Part shown: in pieces, positions 9,173-18,948 of the stretch
Layout of the letters: every line of letters begins with the position of its first letter
Numbering within the stretch: the stretch's first letter is position 1
Assembly: GCF_049243625.1 (NCBI RefSeq)
Contig: NZ_CP046975.1
DNA length: 32,000 nt
DNA from: Corynebacterium amycolatum
GTDB lineage: Bacteria > Actinomycetota > Actinomycetes > Mycobacteriales > Mycobacteriaceae
Reading direction: 5' to 3' (one strand)
Position numbers and translations under genes: made by a program
The notes under the pieces: model-generated
The model's input: only the letters and a program-made list of their open reading frames with translations
Told to the model about the DNA's origin: nothing
Database searches by the model: none

Positions 9173-9948
9173 GAAGCAACCACGACCTCGACACCTTGCT
9201 CCCTGAGATCGTTCACGAATTGCTCCGGGGCAGAGGAATCTGTAATCACGACGTCGATATCTTCCAATGCCGCAAAACTGACAAGGAAGTCACGGCCGAG
9301 TTTCGTCGAGTCCGCCATAACGATGACCTTGCGCGCATTCGTGATCATCGCGCGCTTTACCGCTGCTTCCTGCGGATCAGCAGTAGAAAGACCGTGGTCA
9401 ATTGTCAAGGCATTAGAACCAATGAAAGCGACATCGGCACGCATAACCGCAAGAGTACGGAGTGCGGTATCGCCAGCAACCGCCTGAGTAATGACGCGGA
9501 CTTGGCCGCCAAGGAGTTGAAGCTCAATGCGGTTCGATCCTGCGAGTGTGATGGCGTTGGGAAGAGAGTTTGTGACAACCGACCAACGGCGGTTATCAGG
9601 GGAGTGGACCATCAGCTCTGCAAGAGCCTCGGTGGTAGTTCCGGCATCGAGAAAAATTCCACCACCAGAGTCAGGTAGAAAATCGGCAGCACAGCGGGCA
9701 ATAGAGAGCTTCGCGTCTTTCTGCGCGTTCTTTCGAGCGGCAACTGAAAACTCAACAGTCTGAAAAGAACGAGTAGCTACAGCGCCACCGTGTACACGGT
9801 GAACTGCGCCCTCTGCATCCAACTGAGCTAGGTCACGGCGAATCGTCTCTGCTGTGACATCGAAAGCTTCCGCAAGATCAGCGACCGTCACGCGCCCTTC
9901 GACTGCTGTCAAAGACGCAATCTTCCGGCGGCGTTCCTCTGCGTACAT
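9169..9948 (-). CDS. fruR: DeoR-family repressor of the fructose operon
   Basis: 259 aa. N-terminal DeoR HTH (RRRKIASLTAVEGRVTVADLAEAFDVTAETIRRDL) and a C-terminal DeoR sugar-phosphate sensor domain. First gene of the fruR-pfkB-fruA-ptsH string. Confidence 0.85.
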   Translation of the reverse strand: MYAEERRRKIASLTAVEGRVTVADLAEAFDVTAETIRRDLAQLDAEGAVHRVHGGAVATRSFQTVEFSVAARKNAQKDAKLSIARCAADFLPDSGGGIFLDAGTTTEALAELMVHSPDNRRWSVVTNSLPNAITLAGSNRIELQLLGGQVRVITQAVAGDTALRTLAVMRADVAFIGSNALTIDHGLSTADPQEAAVKRAMITNARKVIVMADSTKLGRDFLVSFAALEDIDVVITDSSAPEQFVNDLREQGVEVVVAS

Positions 9949-10041
9949 TCCCCGCTCCTTAGCTGTTAAGAATTCTCAGCTTTACTACCTGTTTCCAGTA
10001 TGCCCGTTTGTGTCTGTTTCGGGCAACGAAAATGTGGGAAA

Positions 10042-10743
10042 TTAGAGACTGCGTAGGACGCTGACAATCTTGCCGAGGATCTTGGCGTGCTCTGCGGGGA
10101 GCGGGTCAAATGCGCGATTATGGGGCATTAGCCACTTGCCAGCAGCGTCTTCGTGCCATTCCTTGACTGTTGCTTCATCTTCAAACAGGGCTGCAACAAA
10201 GTCGCCCTGTTCGACCACGTCTTGGGAACGGACTACCACCCAGTCTCCGTCGAGAATGCCTGCGTCAACCATGGAATCACCCACGACCTTGAGTAGGTAC
10301 AGCTGACCAGAGCCCGTAATCTCCATCGGAAGTGCCATATGACTTTCCACATGCTGTTCCGCCAAAATGGGGTTGCCAGCCGCAATCTGTCCAACGATAG
10401 GAACGAAGATTGGCTCTGGCATGTCCTCTGGTATCTCGGGAGTTTGGGTGCTGCCAGTGGCCTTTGGCCCAGGCTTTACCGGAGTGAAAGTGCCAGCTGA
10501 GGATTTCGAATCCCTTACGTTTACCGCACGGGGTTTGTGTGGGTCGCGGCGGAGAAAGCCCTTCTTTTCCAACTCCTTGAGTTGGTATGCCACCGACGAG
10601 GTGGAATTCAAGCCCACGGCATCTCCAATTTCTCGAATGCTCGGTGGGTATCCGCGAAGTACGACGGCATCCGAAATGACATCAAGAATGCGACGCTGCC
10701 GATCGGTGAGTGTTTTAGGGTTCGCTTTCTTCTTTTGAGCCAT
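10042..10743 (-). CDS. lexA: SOS repressor LexA
   Basis: N-terminal wHTH ([12 protein letters not shown]...[33 protein letters not shown]), the AAG cleavage region (GQIAAGNPI) and S24 peptidase GDSM. Confidence 0.95.
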   Translation of the reverse strand: MAQKKKANPKTLTDRQRRILDVISDAVVLRGYPPSIREIGDAVGLNSTSSVAYQLKELEKKGFLRRDPHKPRAVNVRDSKSSAGTFTPVKPGPKATGSTQTPEIPEDMPEPIFVPIVGQIAAGNPILAEQHVESHMALPMEITGSGQLYLLKVVGDSMVDAGILDGDWVVVRSQDVVEQGDFVAALFEDEATVKEWHEDAAGKWLMPHNRAFDPLPAEHAKILGKIVSVLRSL

Positions 10744-10780
10744 GGAACATCCCTTCTCAAACTCTTTCGAATGAATGATA

Positions 10781-10796
10781 GCTCAAAACTGTTCGA
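10781..10796. promoter_or_regulatory. Candidate SOS box in front of lexA (GCTCAAAACTGTTCGA; right half perfect)
   Basis: Lies 38-53 nt upstream of the lexA ATG. Matches the corynebacterial consensus TcGAA(a/c)AnnTGTtCGA in the right half only (11 of 14 specified positions). Confidence 0.35.
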
Positions 10797-10927
10797 ATCG
10801 TCGAGCATCGAACACCGCACGTCCTTGGATTCTTTGGAAAAAGTCTGCGTAATCCGTGCTCGGAGGCCGTGGCGGTTCCGAAAATCGAAAATAAAACCGG
10901 ATAGCAGTAGACAACGTTCGAACATGG

Positions 10928-10936
10928 TGTTATAAA
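10928..10936 (+). promoter_or_regulatory. Candidate extended -10 (TGTTATAAA) for the divS-like/nrdR transcript
   Basis: TGn + TATAAA on the + strand, embedded between TCGAACA repeats at 10918, 10937 and 10955. Confidence 0.3.
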
Positions 10937-10954
10937 TCGAACATGACAAGTTAC

Positions 10955-10970
10955 TCGAACAGTCGTTTGA
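10955..10970. promoter_or_regulatory. Best SOS box candidate (TCGAACAGTCGTTTGA)
   Basis: 12 of 14 specified positions match TcGAA(a/c)AnnTGTtCGA. It also fits the mycobacterial TCGAAC-N4-GTTCGA with one mismatch. Lies downstream of the candidate -10. Confidence 0.5.
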
Positions 10971-11102
10971 TGAAAAGGTCTAGACGGATTCTCTGCATCC
11001 GCCCTTGGACATAGTCTCCAGAGCGTCGGGAAACGGTCGTACAACTCTTATTCTCTCCAGGCCGGCAACGGTGGGAGAGTCAACGTTGGAAAGGGAGAAA
11101 AC

Positions 11103-11564
11103 ATGATGTCTACGGTTTCAACCGCACTAGGTGTTAGCAGCGCATCTGATATTGACTTTTCTCAAGTTTCCGAGCCCTCTGCTCGGACGACACGGAAAGC
11201 CCCGTTGGTGTGGGGTGAACGTAGTGCGTCTTGCACGCAGCACATCGTTCGGCCCGGTCAGCGTGCACGTATTGCACAGCGCAATCGCGATGGGGCTTCA
11301 TCGGCGCGAATGCGGAGGGACAGGTCGCGGCCTAGTCATGTCTCGGTCAACTACGGGCGCCCGTCTCTACCTGTTAGCAGGGCGCAGCAGTCCAATCGTA
11401 GTGATGTATCCTCAGGCACTAACCTGACTCGTTTGATGGCGGTATGGGCTCTAGGGCTTGGTGTTTTCTTCGGAGTTTTCGGCAGCGTGGTCTTTGAACA
11501 AGGGGAAAGTGAGACAGTCGAAAGCACCTTTACGTCTACGTACGCTTCCTACTCCGCGCAATAA
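11103..11564 (+). CDS. DivS-like candidate SOS-inducible small membrane protein (call by position and architecture)
   Basis: ATG 11103 is preceded by GGGAG. 153 aa. An Arg/Ser-rich N-terminal region is followed by a single C-terminal TM ([21 protein letters not shown]) and a short acidic tail. The gene sits between lexA (divergent) and nrdR, where divS lies in C. glutamicum. Confidence 0.5.
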   Translation: MMSTVSTALGVSSASDIDFSQVSEPSARTTRKAPLVWGERSASCTQHIVRPGQRARIAQRNRDGASSARMRRDRSRPSHVSVNYGRPSLPVSRAQQSNRSDVSSGTNLTRLMAVWALGLGVFFGVFGSVVFEQGESETVESTFTSTYASYSAQ

Positions 11565-11608
11565 TCATTCCGGTTTCCGGCGTTGGGGTTGGACGTAGAC
11601 TGGAGGCT

Positions 11609-12091
11609 GTGTATTGCCAGTTTTGTCACCATGATCAGACACGAGTCTTGGACTCACGGTTAATAGATAACGGTATGGGGATTCGTCGCCGGAGAGAATG
11701 CCTGAATTGCGGTAAACGTTTTTCTACGATTGAACGCTCGCAGCTGATGGTTGTTAAACGGGATGGAATCCCTGAGGAGTTCAACCGTGAAAAGGTTATC
11801 CAGGGTGTTCGACGTGCGTGCCAGGGGCGTGAAGTATCAGAGTCTCAGCTGAAGAAGCTTGCACAAAAAGTGGAGGAGAGCCTCCGCGAGAAAGGCACGC
11901 CTCGGGTGGACTCAAATGATATCGGTCTCGCCATCCTTGAACCATTGAAAGAATTGGATGAGGTGGGTTACCTCCGGTTCGCTTCCGTCTACAAGTCATT
12001 TTCTTCGGCGGATGACTTCATCCAGGAAATCTCCAGCATGCGCAAAGGAAAGAAACCACAGGCGCATGGCAAGGAAGCGGAGATGCCTTAG
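11609..12091 (+). CDS. nrdR: Transcriptional repressor NrdR
   Basis: GTG start after GGAGG. Zinc ribbon CQFC...CLNC followed by an ATP-cone. 160 aa. Confidence 0.95.
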   Translation: MYCQFCHHDQTRVLDSRLIDNGMGIRRRRECLNCGKRFSTIERSQLMVVKRDGIPEEFNREKVIQGVRRACQGREVSESQLKKLAQKVEESLREKGTPRVDSNDIGLAILEPLKELDEVGYLRFASVYKSFSSADDFIQEISSMRKGKKPQAHGKEAEMP

Positions 12092-15000
12092 CGCAGCTTA
12101 TCCACACGTTTTTTTATTCGGGTCAGGGAAACACTGTGGGCTGTTCCCAAACGCTGGGCAAAGAGGCTGACGCGTAGCTCTTCGATAAGCCACTGAATAT
12201 CCCGAACTTCCGCAGAATGCGCTCGCCCCTTGGGCAGCCGCTCGAGTTTCGCAGCTAAATATTCACGAGCCTCAGTAACCTCATCTTCACGGTCCGCATC
12301 ACGGCCGGGATCGCGGTTCATTTCCTCAAGGCGAATCTCCATCGCTTGTAGATAGCGTGGCAAATGACGCAGGTGCTGCCATCCGTGCTTGGCCACCGCT
12401 CCCTTGGGGAACATGAACTCCAGCTGGCGACGCATATCGTCAATAGCATCGCCTTCCCACTTATCCAGCTGATTAGTCACCGAGACATAGGCCGGCATGG
12501 CCTGTGCAATGCCGACAACCAACTGGCGTACCTCCGAGGCGACACCGGAGCGAACCTGTTCAAGTAGCTTGTTGAATTCTTCGGGGGATCGTACCGGGCC
12601 ACCAGCAGCTATCATGCAATCGCGGATTACTGCGACGCGGCAGTCTTCGACGAGTCCATCTGCGCCGCCATGCGGCCACGCATCCACACCAACGCGTTGC
12701 TGAAGTGGAAGTCCCTTAGTCATTTGTGCAGCGTTGACGGGGCATTCGCGCAACAACATAGTCAGGTTGGTAGTTGCCAATGTGGCCTCGGCCTGGGCCT
12801 TAGTTGGTTTGACTTCGACGGCCACGCCATCCTTAGTGGTCACAAGCGTCGGATACATGGTGACCGATTGACCGTCGACAGTACTTTTGACTGTCTCTGC
12901 CACAGTGCCGAGATTGTCCGAAGTCCATTTTTTCACGGCTTCGTGGGCTGCAGACTTTGCACGCTTCGAAACGGCAGTCGAGACAGTTGCCGCGTGCTTA
13001 GCGCGCAAGGGGGCGAGATCACGGCTCTGATCGACAATATTGCCGTGTCGGTCGATAACCGCATAGTTAAAGCGCAGGTGCGCTGGCAGCTTGGACGGGT
13101 CAAAATCGGCTCCATTGATGCCGGAGCCTCCGAGCCGTCGTAAAGCATCGGCGAAAACATCAACGAAGCGCCCTGAATACGGCGTCATTGTCTCCAGCGC
13201 GCGGCGTGCGAAATCCGGCGCGGGGACAACTGACTTACGCAGAGCCTTCGGGAGAGTGCGAATATAGGCTTCTGCGAGCTCGGCGCGCAGACCGGGAACC
13301 TGCCAGTCGAAGCCATCTTCACGCAGACCCGCCAGGAGAGGAACCGGGACGCGAAGGGTTACGCCGTCATCAGGAGCTCCCGGTTCGAACTTATAGGACA
13401 GCGAGAAATCGACGGAGCCCTGCTGCCACATTTCGGGGAAGGCATTGTCATCGATATCGCCGGCATCCGGATTGAGCAGCTTGTTCGGATCGAAATCGAG
13501 GAGATTCGGCTGCTTGGGTTTGGTCTTTTTCCACCAGCGGTCAAAATTGGCTGCAGTGGTAATGGAAGCAGGCAACTTGGAGTCGTAGAACGCGTAAAGA
13601 ACATCGTCGTCGACGACAATCCCGCGGGACCGCTGCTTTTCCTCGATCTTCGCAGCTTCGGCCAGCTTGTCTTGGTTGTTCTTGAAGAACTCATGATGAG
13701 TGTTCCACTCGCCGTCGACAAGTGCGCAGCGGATGAACATAGAGCGTGCGGCATCCGCATCAACACGGTGATAAGGCACCAGTCGGTCAACGACTACGGG
13801 CACGCCGTAGAGCGTCGACTTCTGGTAAGCCATAGCCGCACCGCGTTTAGCCGACCAGTGCGGTTCCGAGTACTGATGTTTCAGCAGGTGAGGAGCCACC
13901 TTTTCGACCCATTGAGGCTGAATGGTGCCAACGTTTCGAGCGAAAGTTCGAGAAGTCTCGACGATCTCCGCAGCCATCACCCAGCGGGGTGGCTTCTTCG
14001 CCAGCGCGGACGAGGGGTGAATGAGGAACTTCGTGTTTCGGGTGCCAGTAAATTCCTTGCCCTCGCCCTCGCGCGTACCAATCATCGATAACAGACCCGG
14101 TAACAGCGACTTTGCCACCTCGTCGGGATCGTCGACACCGCTGGTTAAGCTGCGGGCCGAAAGACTCCAGCCCAGCTCAGCCGTTGCCTGGTGGAGCTGA
14201 CGCACCAAGTCCTGCCACTCGCGAACGCGCAGATAGTGGAGGTACTCGCGTTTGCACATCTTGCGGAACTGGTTACCGCTAAGCTCGCGGCGCTTTTCCT
14301 CCAGGTATTCCCAGAGCTTCAGCAGGGAGTTGAAGTCGCTGGTGGTGTCCTTAAAACGGGCATGTAGCTGATCTGCCTGAGCTTGGAACTCCAGCGGACG
14401 TTCGCGAACATCCTGCAAAGACAACGCGGCGACAATGACGGTCACAGCCCCAAGAGTGGTGTTTTCGTACCCTTCGACCAGCATGCGGGCAAGGCGCGGG
14501 TCGACAGGTATACGGGCAATCTGTCGGCCGATGTCCGTCAGCTCGGGGGCGTCGGCACTGGCGCCGGAGTCAGATTCACGGCCTCTCCCAGACGCCGACG
14601 TGGTGGTAATAGCCTGAAGCTCTGTGAGCAGGTTAATGCCATCGCGCACTGCCTTGTGCTCTGGTGGCTGGACAAAGGGGAAGGCCTCAATCGCGCCAAG
14701 CCGCAACGAAATCATTTGCAGTACAACCGAAGCGAGATTGGTGCGCAGAATCTCCGGATCCGTAAACTCGGGGCGAGAGAGAAATTCCTCCTCGCTGTAG
14801 AGACGAATCGCCACGCCATCAGCTACACGACCACAGCGTCCAGAGCGCTGATTCGCGGATGCCTGGCTGATGTCCTCGACTGGCAGGCGCTGCACCTTCG
14901 TGCGGGTGGAGTACCGGGAAATGCGTGCGGTACCAGTATCGACGACGTACTCAATACCCGGCACCGTCAGCGACGTCTCCGCGATATTGGTCGCCAGCAC

Positions 15001-16143
15001 AATGCGGCGCCCGGAGTGCGGGGTGAAGATTCGGTGCTGCTCTGCATTAGATAGCCGACCGAACAGTGGAACGGCTTCTACACCCTTCCAGCGCCTGCCC
15101 TCGATGGCTTCGGCTGCTTCTCGGATCTCGCGCTCACCCGAAAAGAACACCAGGATATCGCCGTCGCCAAGCCGCATGAGCTCCTCGCACGCAGCGATAA
15201 CACCATCGATCTGCTCGATGGCGACTTCCTTTTCTTGCCCATTTTTCGCAACAACAGTCCGCACCAGAGGGCGATAGCGGATTTCCACCGGGTAGGTGCG
15301 CCCTGACACCTCGATGATGGGCGCAGTGTGCTCGTCGTCAGGCGCGAAATGACGGGCGAACCGTTCCGGATCAATCGTCGCCGAAGTGATAATGATCTTC
15401 AGATCTGGGCGCTGCGGCAGAATATGCTTTAAATATCCCAGCAGGAAGTCGATGTTGAGGCTGCGTTCGTGCGCCTCATCGATGATGATGGTGTCGTACT
15501 CACGCAACAGTCGGTCGCGGCCAATTTCGGCCAGCAGGATACCGTCGGTCATCAGTTTAATGCAGGTATCCTTGCCCACGCGGTCATCAAAACGCACCGC
15601 ATAACCGACGTGCTGTCCAATCTTCTCGCCCAGCTCATGGGCAATTCGCTCCGCCACCGAACGCGCCGCAATACGACGTGGCTGCGTATGGCCAATCTTG
15701 CCCCGCACCCCGCGTCCCAGTTCTAGGCATATCTTCGGGATTTGGGTAGTTTTACCAGAGCCAGTCTCACCAGCAATAATGACGACCTGATTGTTCTCAA
15801 TCGCCTCTGCAATATCGTCGCGGCGGGCGGACACCGGCAACTGCGCCGGGTAGGTGATGCGAGGAATCGCATTACGACGATCTTCTAACCGCTCCAGCGC
15901 AAAGTCGAGGTCTGCAGAGATTGCAGACAGCGCCTTCGGCGCGGATGCTCGCTTTAGCCGACGTCGGAAGGACTGGGCCTCCCGAATAGGTAATTGATCA
16001 GCGAGCTGGTAGAGCTCCTTTTTACGCGTGTCCTTAGCAGGCTTGTCAGAGCGCTGCGGCCTGGCGGAATTGCGATGGCGGGAGTGGTGGTTTCCCGACT
16101 GGACACGTGGAGCTGGTTTATCAGAACGGCTAGGAGTAGTCAT
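12088..16143 (-). CDS. hrpA: ATP-dependent RNA helicase HrpA (DEAH box)
   Basis: 1351 aa. Motifs [13 protein letters not shown] (IIDEAHERS), SAT and QRSGRCGR, plus the long HrpA C-terminal region. Confidence 0.95.
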   Translation of the reverse strand: MTTPSRSDKPAPRVQSGNHHSRHRNSARPQRSDKPAKDTRKKELYQLADQLPIREAQSFRRRLKRASAPKALSAISADLDFALERLEDRRNAIPRITYPAQLPVSARRDDIAEAIENNQVVIIAGETGSGKTTQIPKICLELGRGVRGKIGHTQPRRIAARSVAERIAHELGEKIGQHVGYAVRFDDRVGKDTCIKLMTDGILLAEIGRDRLLREYDTIIIDEAHERSLNIDFLLGYLKHILPQRPDLKIIITSATIDPERFARHFAPDDEHTAPIIEVSGRTYPVEIRYRPLVRTVVAKNGQEKEVAIEQIDGVIAACEELMRLGDGDILVFFSGEREIREAAEAIEGRRWKGVEAVPLFGRLSNAEQHRIFTPHSGRRIVLATNIAETSLTVPGIEYVVDTGTARISRYSTRTKVQRLPVEDISQASANQRSGRCGRVADGVAIRLYSEEEFLSRPEFTDPEILRTNLASVVLQMISLRLGAIEAFPFVQPPEHKAVRDGINLLTELQAITTTSASGRGRESDSGASADAPELTDIGRQIARIPVDPRLARMLVEGYENTTLGAVTVIVAALSLQDVRERPLEFQAQADQLHARFKDTTSDFNSLLKLWEYLEEKRRELSGNQFRKMCKREYLHYLRVREWQDLVRQLHQATAELGWSLSARSLTSGVDDPDEVAKSLLPGLLSMIGTREGEGKEFTGTRNTKFLIHPSSALAKKPPRWVMAAEIVETSRTFARNVGTIQPQWVEKVAPHLLKHQYSEPHWSAKRGAAMAYQKSTLYGVPVVVDRLVPYHRVDADAARSMFIRCALVDGEWNTHHEFFKNNQDKLAEAAKIEEKQRSRGIVVDDDVLYAFYDSKLPASITTAANFDRWWKKTKPKQPNLLDFDPNKLLNPDAGDIDDNAFPEMWQQGSVDFSLSYKFEPGAPDDGVTLRVPVPLLAGLREDGFDWQVPGLRAELAEAYIRTLPKALRKSVVPAPDFARRALETMTPYSGRFVDVFADALRRLGGSGINGADFDPSKLPAHLRFNYAVIDRHGNIVDQSRDLAPLRAKHAATVSTAVSKRAKSAAHEAVKKWTSDNLGTVAETVKSTVDGQSVTMYPTLVTTKDGVAVEVKPTKAQAEATLATTNLTMLLRECPVNAAQMTKGLPLQQRVGVDAWPHGGADGLVEDCRVAVIRDCMIAAGGPVRSPEEFNKLLEQVRSGVASEVRQLVVGIAQAMPAYVSVTNQLDKWEGDAIDDMRRQLEFMFPKGAVAKHGWQHLRHLPRYLQAMEIRLEEMNRDPGRDADREDEVTEAREYLAAKLERLPKGRAHSAEVRDIQWLIEELRVSLFAQRLGTAHSVSLTRIKKRVDKLR

Positions 16144-16236
16144 GGTTGCCTACTAGATTAGCCGTGTCTTGGTAGACAACCCACATCTGTGCTGATTGGA
16201 GACGCTCAAGATGGTCCGATGGCAGCAGGAAGCGTC

Positions 16237-17169
16237 CTACTTTGCGGCTGCTAGCTCTTCGGCAACTTCCTTGCAGTCCTCGCGCCCACAGTGCTGTGTC
16301 TCGGTATCCTCCCAGCAGTCATCGCAGATAAGCACCTGTCGACGGCAGGTGTCTTCGTTGATGCAGTTTTGGAAGGTGTTTGTGGGCTTGCCGCAGTGGA
16401 CGCAGTGTCCGAGCTGTACGTAGTCCTCATCTTCGATGCCATCGCCAAACTCCATATGCATGCGCTTGTCGAAGACATAGAGAGAGCCTTCCCACAGCCC
16501 CTTATTGCCAAACTTTTCGCCGTAGCGGACAATACCGCCGTCGATTTGGTAGACCTCTTCGAACCCGCGGTTCTTCATAAGCGCGGAGAGGATCTCGCAG
16601 CGGATGCCGCCGGTGCAGTAGGAAATAATCGGCTTGTCCTTCATCCAGTCGTACTTGCCGGATTCCAGTTCGTCGATGAAGTCGTGCGTGGTCTTTACGT
16701 CCGGGACGACGGCGTTTTTAAACTTGCCAATCTCGGCTTCCATTGCGTTGCGGCCATCGAAGAAGATGACATCGTCGCCGCGTTCTTCGACCAGTTTATT
16801 GACCTCTTCTGGCTTCAAATGTGTGCCGCCGCCAATGACACCTTCGGTATCGACTTTAAGCTCGCCCGGAGCACCGAAAGCGACGATTTCGTCGCGAACC
16901 TTGACGGAGAGTTTCGGAAAGTCATCAGCGCCGCCTTCGCTCCACTTGAACTGCATGGAGTGAAAAGCGGGGTACTGCTTGGTTTTCTTGATGTACTTCT
17001 TACAGGCATCGAGATCACCTCCGACGGTGCCGTTGATGCCGTGCTCGGACACCAGAATGCGACCTTTAAGCCCTAACGATTCGCAAAGATCGCGCTGCCA
17101 CAGCATAATGGCACGCGGATCGGACAGCGGGGCGAACTGGTAGTACAGAAGAATCTTGCTGATGCTCAC
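16237..17169 (-). CDS. trhO: Rhodanese-domain tRNA uridine(34) hydroxylase TrhO (UPF0176/YceA family)
   Basis: 310 aa. N-terminus KILLYYQF, rhodanese active-site loop CTGGIRCE and a Cys-rich C-terminal tail (HCVHCGKP...CDDC). Confidence 0.85.
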   Translation of the reverse strand: MSISKILLYYQFAPLSDPRAIMLWQRDLCESLGLKGRILVSEHGINGTVGGDLDACKKYIKKTKQYPAFHSMQFKWSEGGADDFPKLSVKVRDEIVAFGAPGELKVDTEGVIGGGTHLKPEEVNKLVEERGDDVIFFDGRNAMEAEIGKFKNAVVPDVKTTHDFIDELESGKYDWMKDKPIISYCTGGIRCEILSALMKNRGFEEVYQIDGGIVRYGEKFGNKGLWEGSLYVFDKRMHMEFGDGIEDEDYVQLGHCVHCGKPTNTFQNCINEDTCRRQVLICDDCWEDTETQHCGREDCKEVAEELAAAK

Positions 17170-17230
17170 GGGGACTATTCTAGTCTGCTCTCCCAGTTAT
17201 CCTATTTTCGACGTGAGCTGGTGGTCTGGT

Positions 17231-18733
17231 TTAGTGCTTCTGATAGAGTGCCTTTTTCTGGTACTTGGGCTCGGAAGTAACTAGGACACCGAGGTTGCGG
17301 AAAATTGTTTCGTCCACGCTGCCGAGAATAGTGGTGGTGTGGACATCGCAGTTTCGAAGGTTCTTCAGCTCGGCGAGGGCTGCGCGGGCGTCGTCGCTGG
17401 TGGCCGCCGACACGGAAAGGGCGATAAGGACCTCGTCGGTATGCAAGCGGGGGTTGCGGCTGCCCAGGTGATGCGTCTTAAGCGTTTGAATTGGCTCGAT
17501 AGCAGCAGGGGAGAGCAAGTGTAAGTCCGGGTCGATATTGGCGAGCTTCTTGAGAGCGTTGAGCAGCATTGCTGCTGAGCATCCGAGCAGCTCAGAGGTC
17601 TTGCCCGTGATGATTGTGCCATCGTGCAATTCGATTGCACTGCCCGGCGCCCCGGTAGATTTCTCAACTTCAAGTGCTGGTGCGACGACTCGGCGGGCAG
17701 CTGTCGACACGTTGGCCTTGCTCATAATCATGGCAATGCGCTGCGAAACTTCGTCGTCTGCGCTGTTCTTGTGTTCGTCGACAAGAGCCTTGTAGTAACG
17801 GCGAACGATTTCTTGGTTGGATGCCTCTCGGCACACTTCGTCATCGTCGATACAGTAACCGGCCATATTGACGCCCATGTCGGTCGGTGACTTGTACGGC
17901 GACTCGCCCGCGAGCTTCTCCAGCAGGGTGCGCAGCAGTGGGAAGACCTCGACATCGCGGTTATAGCTGGTGACCTTGGTGTCATAGGCGGCCAAATGAA
18001 AAGGGTCGATGAGATTGATGTCATCGAGATCAGCCGTTGCCGCCTCGTAGGCCAGATTTACCGGGTGTTCGAGCGCCAGGTTCCAGATAGGGAAGGTCTC
18101 AAACTTTGCGTAACCGGAACGAATCCCGTGTTTGTGGTCGTGGTAAATCTGCGATAGACAGGTCGCCAGCTTTCCGGAGCCCGGGCCCGGCGCTGTGACA
18201 ACGACCAAGTCCCGCGTCGTTTGCGCCCATTCATTCAGTCCGAAGCCGGCTTCACTGACAATTTTCTCGGTGTTTGTTGGGTAGCCCTCGATATTGCGAT
18301 GGCGGATTACGCTCAATCCGAGTCGCTGCAGGCGCTCAATGAAGTTCTTTGCCAGGGTGTTGTCGTCGGAAAGCTGTGTGACGACGACGCTGCCGACAAC
18401 AAACCCGCGTTCACGAAAAACATCGACGAGACGCAGCACATCGTCTTCGTAAGTGATGTCGAGGTCAGCGCGGACCTTGTGGCGCTCCAAATCCTTGGCA
18501 TTGATGCACACCATGATTTCCAGATCGTCCTTGAGGCGATCGAGCATAGCGATTTTATTGTCAGGTGTGAAGCCTGGGAGAACACGCGAGGCATGCATAT
18601 CATCAAATAGCTTGCCGCCCATTTCGAGGTAGAGCTTGCCGCCTTCACCTGCGATGTCTGCGCGCCGCTTCTTAATATGAGCGGATTGCATTTCGATGTA
18701 CTTCTCGCGGTTAAAACCGACAGCCTGACCCAT
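17231..18733 (-). CDS. DUF1846 / UPF0371 family protein (function unknown)
   Basis: 500 aa. The N-terminus [17 protein letters not shown]...[29 protein letters not shown] closely matches my recollection of the UPF0371 signature region. Confidence 0.8.
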   Translation of the reverse strand: MGQAVGFNREKYIEMQSAHIKKRRADIAGEGGKLYLEMGGKLFDDMHASRVLPGFTPDNKIAMLDRLKDDLEIMVCINAKDLERHKVRADLDITYEDDVLRLVDVFRERGFVVGSVVVTQLSDDNTLAKNFIERLQRLGLSVIRHRNIEGYPTNTEKIVSEAGFGLNEWAQTTRDLVVVTAPGPGSGKLATCLSQIYHDHKHGIRSGYAKFETFPIWNLALEHPVNLAYEAATADLDDINLIDPFHLAAYDTKVTSYNRDVEVFPLLRTLLEKLAGESPYKSPTDMGVNMAGYCIDDDEVCREASNQEIVRRYYKALVDEHKNSADDEVSQRIAMIMSKANVSTAARRVVAPALEVEKSTGAPGSAIELHDGTIITGKTSELLGCSAAMLLNALKKLANIDPDLHLLSPAAIEPIQTLKTHHLGSRNPRLHTDEVLIALSVSAATSDDARAALAELKNLRNCDVHTTTILGSVDETIFRNLGVLVTSEPKYQKKALYQKH

Positions 18734-18909
18734 GGTGCCCTTTCTGAAGTTGTGTCTGCGGGGAGCGCGCTAAATATTGCGAAATTCTACTGTGCCCATG
18801 GTAGTGATACCGCCTTGCGAATGTCGTATCGGTTACTGCTGTCGCGGGGGGATTTTGGAAACTTTGGTGAATTAGGCCACGCGTAGGGGATTGTCTGATT
18901 AAAGTCCAG

Positions 18910-18935
18910 CATATTGATATTCAAAAAGAAATATG
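18910..18935. promoter_or_regulatory. AT-rich inverted repeat CATATT-N14-AATATG just upstream of the ceramidase SD
   Basis: Seen directly. It contains the direct repeat ATATTGATATT and ends 14 nt before ATG 18949. Whether it is a promoter or an operator is unknown. Confidence 0.2.
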
Positions 18936-18948
18936 AAGAGGATGTGAC

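Noticed and set aside
10791-10799. GTTCGAATC, which resembles a tRNA T-loop
   Set aside because: The flanks (AAACT / GTCGA) cannot form a T-stem, and there is no acceptor or anticodon arm. It is one of the TCGAA LexA-type half-sites.
10757-11044. A 95-aa minus-strand ORF lying entirely within the lexA/divS-like spacer, with a GGAGAG 8 nt upstream of its TTG start
   Set aside because: Its codon usage is unlike the surrounding genes, with many AGA, CTA, AGG, CGA, ATA, TTA and GTA codons. It has 7 Cys, no hydrophobic or structural pattern, and it overlaps the SOS-box and promoter region. It is most likely non-coding, though it could be checked by Ribo-seq.
12107-12113. A T7 run just after the nrdR stop, considered as a terminator T-tract
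   Set aside because: I found no convincing GC-rich stem immediately upstream, only 4-bp pairings. The run is explained by the Lys-Lys codons of the hrpA C-terminus on the opposite strand.
16291-17076. A 261-aa ORF antisense to trhO
   Set aside because: Shadow ORF inside a well-supported gene. It is repetitive, Ala/Val/Asp-rich and has no motifs.
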